Source: an uncultured Pseudomonadales bacterium
GTDB taxonomy: Bacteria; Patescibacteriota; Microgenomatia; UBA1400; PJMF01
Reading direction: 5' to 3'
Assembly: GCA_964437755.1 (NCBI GenBank)
Contig: CAYTIA010000002.1
Location: forward strand, 34,107-98,106
Length of the DNA stretch: 64,000 nucleotides
Below the pieces are notes generated by a model. It did not search any database and was not told where the DNA came from. It saw only the letters and a list, made by a program, of their open reading frames with translations. Positions 1 to 8,280 of the stretch are shown piece by piece (the stretch's first letter is position 1; each line of letters starts with the position of its first letter). Position numbers and translations under genes: made by a program.

Positions 1-757
1 GAATATGTTCAATTTACGATCGTTTTGTTGTAGCATTTGAACAAGACGCTGGAATCATTAGATATTATCACCCCACCGCTATTTCAGGTACAAGAGTACT
101 TCTCCAGATCAGACAAGAGGAAAATTGGTAAAGTGTCGGCTTCTTCAGCCCCCATTTCGTTAGTAAGACCATACAAAATACCCGAAAAATAGAGTTAAAG
201 GCTTATGAATTATCATTAATGAGTTGCTTTCGGGTCAGGTCATTGTCACTTTGTTAGGTTAATATTTAGCTATACATTGAAGCATTAATAACTGTCCTTA
301 GCGTTCTGCGATAATAAATTACCAGGCTTTGCAAGAATAATTCTGTAATCATGCAAGAATATCTTAATCTATTCTTGCAACTCAATAAGAAAATTTTAAG
401 TACCGTAATAAAGCGAAGATTAACAACTTGGAATACTTTTCTGCTGTTTTTATTTCGGCTGAGAGGATAATAATTCTTTTCATAGAATCATTAATGCACA
501 CATTAATTATAGGATTGTGATTTTATTGCCATTATTTGCTTGGTCTTTGCTGATGTGATTAAAGTTGGGTGGGGGTAGTTAGTCTAAATATGTGCTTTAA
601 TGACTAAACCTATTGATGTTAACAATGGATAGGTTGTTGACTCTCCCGTTTAGCGGTGAAGCGAGGTTTTGATGAGTGGTTTGGCTCTTATGGAAAATGA
701 GTTAGCTATGAGCAATCATTAGCGTTGTTAACTAATTAATCTTTAACTAACTCCTTC

Positions 758-2845
758 TTAGTTTGAAACTATTCCTAGTACAAGATTGTGTTGATCTAGA
801 TAGCGTTCAATTTCTAGATGATTGTCGTCATCGTGATGGTGCTGGCTTCGAATGTAGTTGGGCTTGGTAGCCTCAATCAAGAACTCTCCCTTCTTCAAGT
901 TATAACTAAAACGCCCGTTTTTGTCGGTTAAGACAGCTACTATTTTCCCCTTAATAACTTTGTTATTCTCTTCACTTGATTCAATGCTTGTTAATCGTAC
1001 TAGAGCATCTTGTACTGGTTGTCCTTTCTCATCTATTACCAAGCCCTTAATATTGGCAAATATCTTGCTCCACAACAAAAGTATCAAGCCGTACAAAACA
1101 TACAAAAAAATTAAGATTTTATTAAGATTTGTAGGCCAAAACACAACTACACAAATTATGACTAGAGTATTGATCAGGGTGGTCCAGTTTTTAAAGATGG
1201 CCACCTTATTTATCCAAATCTGAACCTTTGTTAAAAATGACCACGCTATTTTGGAGTAACCTTTTTTATCTCTTTTATCTTTTGGCACTCTCATTTCTGC
1301 CACTAGGTCATTGTCTGTTGGAATAATCAGTGACAAGTTGTCATTTTGCAATGAGACTTCTGTTAGATCTGCTTTGTAGAAATCTTCTAAAACGACCTTT
1401 TCTTTCCTATCAACTTTTGTGGGGTATTTATAATCCGGATGAGTGATTGCTATTTTATACATTTTGGCTGGCAAGTTAGTGTGAGTGTAAAGTCCAAACC
1501 TATTTGTGACAACTTGCTCATAATACGGGGGAAATCCATCTGGTTCTGATTGACTGATGGCGGTTACCGTAGCAAATGGCACTCCCAATACATCTTCAAC
1601 TCCCTCAAGCGAATAGTAATCTTGATCAAATACCCAACCCTCGTTCTCTTTCCAAGGTACTAGACCTAGTGCTACCCAGATTCTCCAAAGTTGTTTGAAA
1701 GATAGTAGGCCAGCACTACCCACTCTACGCATTAATAATAAAGTTGAGATTACAATTGGCCAGCTAGCAAGTATTAAAACAAGCCAGGGACCAAGAAAGC
1801 TCATCAATTTAGAAAACCAGGGTCTTGATGCGATTTTCCAGATGGGGGTGGGAGTGAGACGCTTTATTACCTCATGTACAATTTCTTTTGGAGGTGTGTA
1901 GGGAATCTCTATCGGAGGTTTTTCTGGAGGTCTTGTTGGCATACCTGGGGCAACCGTTGGCTCTCCTGGTTTTGGAGTTGGCGAGGCCTCGCCAACAGGA
2001 GGAATGATGATTACGGCAGAAGGAATAACAATTTTTACTCCCTCAAGTACGCTAATATGTCTGGCTTGATCGATAATCACAAAATTAAGAGTAATAATGG
2101 TATCTCTGGGTAAAATAGGTAGGGTATAACTCCAGTTTCCCTGAGAATCTATCCAGATCTCTTTGTTAATATCGTCCTGTCCTGGAATCTTAATAGTCAG
2201 CTGAACTAAACTGTTAGCTTCTCCTTTAGCAATTAACTTTGGTTCATTGGCCGAGATCTGAATTGGATCATCGGGAATGGTATTGGTATCTTGAGCTGAG
2301 ATCGAAGTGACAACATCTCCAATCTGGATTAAAACAAATGAAGGGGCTACGGAATCAACAGTAAAGCTCCAAGTGGCTGAACTAGTGGTTAAGCCAACCG
2401 CATCAACAGCCACGATTTTCCAAGTATTATTACCCTGAGGAACATCAAACTTTACATCAAGGTAGTAATAGCCAAGCTCTGAGTTATAACTAAGTTTATA
2501 TTGAGAAAAACTACCACTATTATCTAAATTATCCAAAACAAGCTTGCCGTTTAAATAAAACTGATAATGCGACATCAGCACGTTATCGGTTGATTCTCGC
2601 CACACAAACTGAGGTCGGTTGGTGTTAAGCAACTCTCCATTTTCTGGCGAAATTAGAATTGGTGCTGTTGGAGGAACAATGTCGGGCATGGTGGCACTAA
2701 CGGTTGCTCCGTGAGTGATTGGTGGAGGGAGAGTTTGTGCTTGTGCCGATGGGTGAAAAAATACTGCTCCAAATATAGTCACAATTATCGCTAAAACGAG
2801 TCTAACTGAAGGTGGGCAGGTCAACATTTTCATCAAGTCTATCAT
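758..2845 (-). CDS. Secreted/membrane protein: N-terminal Ig-like domains, Pro-rich linker, TM segments, carboxypeptidase-regulatory-like (prealbumin fold) domains
   Basis: 695-aa ORF; signal peptide ending SAQA; 'PTAPILISPENG...WSFTVDSVAP' Ig/Fn3-like pattern; C-terminal 'GLVIDEKGQPVQDALVRL...TDKNGRFSY...GEFLIEATKPNY'. Confidence 0.7.
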   Translation of the reverse strand: MIDLMKMLTCPPSVRLVLAIIVTIFGAVFFHPSAQAQTLPPPITHGATVSATMPDIVPPTAPILISPENGELLNTNRPQFVWRESTDNVLMSHYQFYLNGKLVLDNLDNSGSFSQYKLSYNSELGYYYLDVKFDVPQGNNTWKIVAVDAVGLTTSSATWSFTVDSVAPSFVLIQIGDVVTSISAQDTNTIPDDPIQISANEPKLIAKGEANSLVQLTIKIPGQDDINKEIWIDSQGNWSYTLPILPRDTIITLNFVIIDQARHISVLEGVKIVIPSAVIIIPPVGEASPTPKPGEPTVAPGMPTRPPEKPPIEIPYTPPKEIVHEVIKRLTPTPIWKIASRPWFSKLMSFLGPWLVLILASWPIVISTLLLMRRVGSAGLLSFKQLWRIWVALGLVPWKENEGWVFDQDYYSLEGVEDVLGVPFATVTAISQSEPDGFPPYYEQVVTNRFGLYTHTNLPAKMYKIAITHPDYKYPTKVDRKEKVVLEDFYKADLTEVSLQNDNLSLIIPTDNDLVAEMRVPKDKRDKKGYSKIAWSFLTKVQIWINKVAIFKNWTTLINTLVIICVVVFWPTNLNKILIFLYVLYGLILLLWSKIFANIKGLVIDEKGQPVQDALVRLTSIESSEENNKVIKGKIVAVLTDKNGRFSYNLKKGEFLIEATKPNYIRSQHHHDDDNHLEIERYLDQHNLVLGIVSN

Positions 2846-2850
2846 AACAA

Positions 2851-2879
2851 AAAAGGCAATGATTAACTCATTGCCTTTT
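2851..2879 (-). terminator. Intrinsic terminator-like hairpin between the DUF916-like gene and the Ig-domain gene
   Basis: AAAAGGCAATGA-TTAAC-TCATTGCCTTTT perfect inverted repeat with a T-run on the minus strand. Confidence 0.7.
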
Positions 2880-2904
2880 GGATTTAAACGAATTTATATA
2901 CTAC

Positions 2905-3921
2905 CTATTTCTTTAACTCTGGTTCTTGTTTGCTTTGATCTAATTCCATCTGTAACTCTCTCACTTTTTCTTGTTCAAGCTGATACTTCTTTTCTGCATG
3001 GCGCTTGATAGCCATCACGATAGCTGCAATCAGCACACCTCCAAAGAAGATGGAAAGAATAATTCTAACAGGAATGATCCAGAAGCTAGCAGTATCAACA
3101 ATTACTTGACCAGTATCGCCATAACTGGCGGTTAGTTTAGCAGTATAAAGACCGAATCCCCAAATCTTGTCCCATTTGCCGGCAAAATCTCTACTATTTA
3201 AAGGGAAAACGTTTTGAGGCTCAACCTCAATTGAGTCAGATTTTTGACCAAGCATGTTAAAGATATCGATGCTCATGCGGGGTCGAATGTGAATGTCAGA
3301 TTGATTGCGGATAGTGAAAGAGTAGGGCACAGGGCCAAACTCTTGAAATTTATTGAACTTAAACTCTCTGATGTAGGCTTCCTCATTGATTGGTCCATCA
3401 ACAACTACGTAAAACAAAGTACCCACTCTTTGAGTGACTCCAGTACCAGAACCTTCTGCTTGAGTGATATCATCTGGATTAGCTGGTTCATGTAAAACCA
3501 TGGCATATCGTCCTCCTGGCATAGCGTCCTCAGGAATCTCGATTACCACTGCCATCTCTGCTGTTTCTTTTGGAGCAAGAGTATGCTTGTTAGGAACGAT
3601 AGTCATCCAGTGAGCCAAGCTCCAGCGGTTGGTAACACTTTCCTGTACAGGAATTGGGGTTCTGCCGTCTTCCTTGACAATAAAATCTAGAGCGTAAGAA
3701 CGCAGGGTCATGGTTTTATTAGTTGCGTTGCGGATACGAACGGTGGTCTGGATTGTTTCTCCTGGCGCGGCGCGAAGCTGGCCCTCATCACCAGCTCTTG
3801 GTGGCATAACTACCAGTGAAACGGCATCTGCTACATTACTTGTTTGCGCTTTTGCAGGTTTGATTCTGGCAATCGCAATCAACGAAAGTACAATAAAAAA
3901 GGCAAGAAGTGTTTTTTTCAT
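2905..3921 (-). CDS. DUF916/WxL-interacting-like (PapD-like Ig) protein with signal peptide and C-terminal TM anchor
   Basis: 'PGETIQTTVRIRN', 'IEIPEDAMPGGRYAMV', 'IRNQSDIHIRP', 'GLYTAKLTASYG', then TM helix and cytoplasmic coiled tail. Confidence 0.65.
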   Translation of the reverse strand: MKKTLLAFFIVLSLIAIARIKPAKAQTSNVADAVSLVVMPPRAGDEGQLRAAPGETIQTTVRIRNATNKTMTLRSYALDFIVKEDGRTPIPVQESVTNRWSLAHWMTIVPNKHTLAPKETAEMAVVIEIPEDAMPGGRYAMVLHEPANPDDITQAEGSGTGVTQRVGTLFYVVVDGPINEEAYIREFKFNKFQEFGPVPYSFTIRNQSDIHIRPRMSIDIFNMLGQKSDSIEVEPQNVFPLNSRDFAGKWDKIWGFGLYTAKLTASYGDTGQVIVDTASFWIIPVRIILSIFFGGVLIAAIVMAIKRHAEKKYQLEQEKVRELQMELDQSKQEPELKK

Positions 3922-3949
3922 GAGCAGGCTTGTATTTTTTGTTTGTTAA

Positions 3950-5383
3950 TTAAAAAGTAGCTGTAGCTGTATAAGTAATATAGTTGTAGTAGTCACCGGC
4001 GGCGGTTAGGGCATCGGCGATGATTCTGTAACAGGCATAAATACTGTCGCTATTGGTTGGAGTACTTGGCCCAAACACATCAACGGGATCTTGTGCTGAT
4101 TCAAAATCAGCAAAGTGTCTGGCCACGAAAGTTCCGCCAACATTGTATTCAAAAGCAGGATTATCGCTGTCAATGTTTTCGATTGAGTAACCAAAACCAG
4201 TTTCTGTTTCGACGGTCCAATCTTGTTCTACGGTATGAGACATGCTGGCTACATTCGCATCCCATATACACTCAAAAGCATCAACTCCAGCGTTATAAGT
4301 ATCGCCGGCGCAGACTTCACCATTTCTACCAAGTTGATCATTGGCAATGGCAGTAACGACGGCACCGCTTAGAGCATTAGTGGTAACTTTTAGTTCTTGA
4401 GATCCATATTTGAAATCACCGGTGTTAATTTCCCCAAAAGGAACGCTGCTGCCGGTGGTAGTAATATCGGTTGTTTCACCGCATCTGGTTGCTCCGGCGG
4501 TTTCACCAATAATTTCAAAAGTGAGTGAGGGAACAACAGTAGCGCTGACGCGAACTGCTTCAATGGCGCCAATTTTTACAGTAGTTGAGTCAATTACTGC
4601 GTTGTCAGAAGTTCTTACATTGCGAACAACAACCTCATAAGTATCAGCAATACCTGTAATATGACCTGCCGCTGGGGCTGGATTGATGATGGTAGGAATA
4701 CCGATGGTGATGGTTCCACCGGTGCCACCCGTTGTGTAAGGGCAAGTATAAACGTGCCAATAACCCGTGGGAAGAATGCCTCCAGTTTGACCAGCAGAAG
4801 CAGTTGGGGTGCCAAAGGTATGAGAACCAGTTTTTTCGCAGGATACGGTTGGAGAGCCAGTACCAAAATCAAAATAAGCCTGATCAGGGATGCCATCTGC
4901 ACTAGTAGCACTAGTGCCAGTTGCTGGTACCAATACTTGAAAGTAACCTGCTGTAACATCTGTATTTGTGTCAAAAACTACCTCCAGAGCACTTGTTTCA
5001 GCAAGATAAAAAGTTTCATTGGTGGTAGCAATAGCAGAATCAATGGCAATGGTGTTAGTATCAACAACGTCAGCAATGGTTCTTGCTCCTGAAGTAGTAA
5101 AGGTTAGAGAGTCAGTAACTTTTAATGCATCTGTAATTTCTGTGTTGAGATTAACTGTGTAATCAGTAATTGCGGGTGAGTCAATAACTATATCCATAAT
5201 GGTATCTGACCCCGGAGTACCACTAACTCGTCCTCGATAAGAAACCCTTGAATTGCTCATTGTAACTGATACAGAAGTAAGGTTTGCTGCCTGTGGCTTG
5301 TTAAGATAGGCTAGCCAGGTTAATCCTACAACTAATAGAGCAAGTGATACGAGGCGAAAATAGAGGGGTTTGACTTCAGTCAT
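3950..5383 (-). CDS. Secreted beta-rich Thr/Gly/Ala-rich surface protein with WxL-like/pilin-like C-terminal domain
   Basis: Signal peptide (PQAA); 'VRVSATVVPSLTFEI', 'LKVTTNA', C-terminus 'AGDYYNYITYTATATF'; ATG at 5383 preferred over the ORF-track TTG at 5407. Confidence 0.6.
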   Translation of the reverse strand: MTEVKPLYFRLVSLALLVVGLTWLAYLNKPQAANLTSVSVTMSNSRVSYRGRVSGTPGSDTIMDIVIDSPAITDYTVNLNTEITDALKVTDSLTFTTSGARTIADVVDTNTIAIDSAIATTNETFYLAETSALEVVFDTNTDVTAGYFQVLVPATGTSATSADGIPDQAYFDFGTGSPTVSCEKTGSHTFGTPTASAGQTGGILPTGYWHVYTCPYTTGGTGGTITIGIPTIINPAPAAGHITGIADTYEVVVRNVRTSDNAVIDSTTVKIGAIEAVRVSATVVPSLTFEIIGETAGATRCGETTDITTTGSSVPFGEINTGDFKYGSQELKVTTNALSGAVVTAIANDQLGRNGEVCAGDTYNAGVDAFECIWDANVASMSHTVEQDWTVETETGFGYSIENIDSDNPAFEYNVGGTFVARHFADFESAQDPVDVFGPSTPTNSDSIYACYRIIADALTAAGDYYNYITYTATATF

Positions 5384-5529
5384 GATGTTGTTAGTTAAAT
5401 AAAACAAACGATAATTTTAAAGCTCTTTTATAAGCTACTTGATAGGGCAATCCAACCCTAAATACACTTAAGTACTACTACGAATATTATTAACAGGATC
5501 TTTTGATAAGTGCAAGAGATAATTTGTAT

Positions 5530-6576
5530 TTACCTTACTCTTTTTACGATCTGCTTCCAACCCCAGTGCATCATCCAGCCCAAACCAACTAAAACCACAA
5601 GTGAAAACGGCAGAGCAATTATGCTTTTGGTTTGGGTCTGTTCACCAACCACAAAATGAGCTTCATAGAGGCCAATCATCAACGGAGGTTTGTAATGAAA
5701 CTGAGTAAAAAGTGTGTCTACTTTTTCTGGATCAAGTAAGCCCTCGGCATCTAACATATCAGAATTTAGTTTGGTACCTCTTACCATTCTTGTGGAGTTG
5801 GCCAAAACAAAATCAGGATAAAAAATGTACTCAACAATGCTTTGTTTGAAAATATTTTTAATGGTGGCGGAACCTTGAATCAGGGTGGCGGTATTGCCGG
5901 TGTTTTCTGCTAAAACATCAAAGCGAATGCCGGTAAAACTGTCAATAAACAGTGGCATGTTGAGATTGGCAATACCGAGTTTTCCCTGATTGGACTCGCT
6001 TTCACCTATGTAGACGATTAAGTTGCTAACGACGGTTCCTGCGACTTGGCTTGAGCTATTATCCTGATTGCTGTCGGCGTTTTCACTAGAAGCTAAACTA
6101 CGAGCATTGACCATTATTGCCAGAGGGTACTCTTTTTCTGATGCTACATCATTAACATCAATTTGTAAGCTGATACTGTGATTTTTTCCTGGTTGTAAAA
6201 CAAATGACTCTCCAAACTGTAAGTCTGGGTTTGCAGTTCGATTAAAGATTTTTCCAGGCTGAAGTACTGGTTGTCCTGTTTTTCCATCAGCCTTAAAGTC
6301 AGTAATGTTGACCGAAATTTCAAGTGGTTCTTTGCCATGGTTTTTAACAACCAAAGTATGCTTGAGTTTTTCTGATGGTTTAACAGCTACATAAGCAACC
6401 GGTGGATGAACTGAGAGCGAAAGTGCAGCACTATTAGGAACAACAACCTCTTCATCTTGGTTTTGATTCGTTGTTTGCTGAGCATTGACTTGAGGAAAAG
6501 ATTGCTGGCTAAAAAGAATAATAAGCCCCACAACAAAAGTTGTAGCGATAGTATTAATAAACTTTCTTTTCTTCAT
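5530..6576 (-). CDS. Second DUF916/WxL-interacting-like Ig protein with C-terminal TM
   Basis: Shares motifs with 2905..3921 ('LSVHPP', 'VKPSEKLKHTLVVKN', 'DFKADGKTGQP', 'ENTGN', 'IGLYEA'); C-terminal TM helix. Confidence 0.6.
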   Translation of the reverse strand: MKKRKFINTIATTFVVGLIILFSQQSFPQVNAQQTTNQNQDEEVVVPNSAALSLSVHPPVAYVAVKPSEKLKHTLVVKNHGKEPLEISVNITDFKADGKTGQPVLQPGKIFNRTANPDLQFGESFVLQPGKNHSISLQIDVNDVASEKEYPLAIMVNARSLASSENADSNQDNSSSQVAGTVVSNLIVYIGESESNQGKLGIANLNMPLFIDSFTGIRFDVLAENTGNTATLIQGSATIKNIFKQSIVEYIFYPDFVLANSTRMVRGTKLNSDMLDAEGLLDPEKVDTLFTQFHYKPPLMIGLYEAHFVVGEQTQTKSIIALPFSLVVLVGLGWMMHWGWKQIVKRVR

Positions 6577-6579
6577 ATA

Positions 6580-7410
6580 TTAATAGCCTGGAACGGCAAT
6601 ATAAATAATTCCAGTTTGATATCGACCTGAAGTTTGTGAGGCATCAACCCCAGCCTTATAGGTGATGAGTGCTTGTTCATTTCTAGCGATAACGTCACTA
6701 TTCATTACAACTTGCATTGTTCCTCCTTGACTTGCATCAGCAAATGGGCGAAAACACTCATCATCGCTACTACAGTCCAGGTTACCTGCAGCAGTAAAAT
6801 CATCGCTAACAGTATTTCCTTGAGCGTTATAACCAAAGCCGGCGACAGACTCATTGATCCAGGGTTTGGCTAGATTGACAGCACAGGTGCCCGAGTCGCA
6901 CTCGGTGTCGGGAATCCAGTCAAGTCCTCCGTGATGAGCTAAGCGATGCTGTTCATAAGCATAAACAGTGTATCCGCCAGCACCGCGAGTACTAATGGTT
7001 AAAGTATTTTGAGCACTAGCATGAATTCCTGGTACTAAGTATCCCAATTCCAAATCTGTGTCAGAAATAGAAAAGGCAAAATCTCCAATTTGATAGATAT
7101 ATTGAAAACCGGCTCCAACAAAGTATGTGCTGCCACCGGCTCCATAATCTCCATAAGGGCCAGCGGCGGTTTGTCCTAAAGTGTAGCTTACATTATATAA
7201 GGAGCCTTCTCGTTTTCCTGCTCCCATATTAAAGTTGCCAAACTGAATTACATAAGTTGCGCTTTCAAGGCGCTCGGCTAGTGAGGTTGGAGGTGAGAGT
7301 AGAGCTCCAACTATTAACAATAAGAAAAATGTTAAAAAAATAGTGGCTCGTGACCACTGATGAACTAGCATTCTTCTCATTGAGTGTTGCTTTTTTGTTT
7401 TGACAGCCAT
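6580..7410 (-). CDS. Secreted WxL-like/pilin-like small subunit
   Basis: Signal peptide; 'FAFSISDTDLELG', 'LTISTRGAGGYTV', 'GFGYNA', C-terminus 'SGRYQTGIIYIAVPGY', matching the C-terminal domain of 3950..5383. Confidence 0.6.
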   Translation of the reverse strand: MAVKTKKQHSMRRMLVHQWSRATIFLTFFLLLIVGALLSPPTSLAERLESATYVIQFGNFNMGAGKREGSLYNVSYTLGQTAAGPYGDYGAGGSTYFVGAGFQYIYQIGDFAFSISDTDLELGYLVPGIHASAQNTLTISTRGAGGYTVYAYEQHRLAHHGGLDWIPDTECDSGTCAVNLAKPWINESVAGFGYNAQGNTVSDDFTAAGNLDCSSDDECFRPFADASQGGTMQVVMNSDVIARNEQALITYKAGVDASQTSGRYQTGIIYIAVPGY

Positions 7411-8138
7411 TCTTTTAGTTTCTCCAGTTCGACTCTAATAAGCATTAACTGCCCTTTTACTGCATCATGGTTTTGCGGAAACTGCATCATTTGGATGGTT
7501 TGATCTAACTTTGGTTGTAAAAATCCAAACAAAAATCCATCAAAATATTTTAGCCAATCCCAAGTGGTGTTTTCTGCATGATTTAGCTCATCTTCCTTTT
7601 GATCCAAAAAAATCTTGTAGCTATGAACCTCATTGTGTTCAATTTCTACCAAAGTTTGTTTTTCTTTGGCTTGCTCATATTGATACTTAGCAAATAAAAA
7701 GAAAACCATTATCAGAGGAATGCTGATTAAATTTGAAAAATCAGCCTTGGAGCTGACTGCTGGATTCAGGGCATAGAAAAATAACAGGGTAAGCAGGGTG
7801 GTGGCGATTGAGGTCCAGCGTTCCATTGTCATCGATACAAAAAATAGATAAACAAATACCAGCGGAAAAAAGATTGAGGATATGCCTCCAGTTGCCCCGA
7901 TCAAGATTAAAAAAGCAAAGGTGACTAGCACCATCTCGTCAACGGCGGTGGTGGGTAAAATTTCCCAGACAGCGGCTTCATTAAGTTTTTTTAAAATGAA
8001 ATAGAGAACAAAACAGGCGCCAAAAGCTTGGAGCGAGTATTGAGCAAGTGAGGGAAATGACAGCCAAAGATAAGCGACCACAATTGAGACCGATAATGCG
8101 AGAGATTGGGCAAGAACTTTTCTAACTTGGTTCGTCAT
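7377..8138 (-). CDS. Multi-pass membrane protein with cytoplasmic coiled-coil tail
   Basis: About 6 hydrophobic helices followed by a charged helical C-terminus; overlaps the start of the downstream gene. Confidence 0.6.
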   Translation of the reverse strand: MTNQVRKVLAQSLALSVSIVVAYLWLSFPSLAQYSLQAFGACFVLYFILKKLNEAAVWEILPTTAVDEMVLVTFAFLILIGATGGISSIFFPLVFVYLFFVSMTMERWTSIATTLLTLLFFYALNPAVSSKADFSNLISIPLIMVFFLFAKYQYEQAKEKQTLVEIEHNEVHSYKIFLDQKEDELNHAENTTWDWLKYFDGFLFGFLQPKLDQTIQMMQFPQNHDAVKGQLMLIRVELEKLKEWLSKQKSNTQ

Positions 8139-8280
8139 GGGCAGCAGCTGTTGATATAAAAATATAGTAGGATTATATCAACTATAACCTAGTTGAGTTG
8201 TGTAGACAATTGGAGGTCGCTGTTTTTTATAATTACTTGCGTGATACAATCATATACTCGGAGAAATTATTTTTTTATGT

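Noticed and set aside
8139-8280. Leu leader peptide or T-box upstream of leuS, by analogy with thrS
   Set aside because: No Leu-codon run, T-box motif or terminator found in the short divergent spacer
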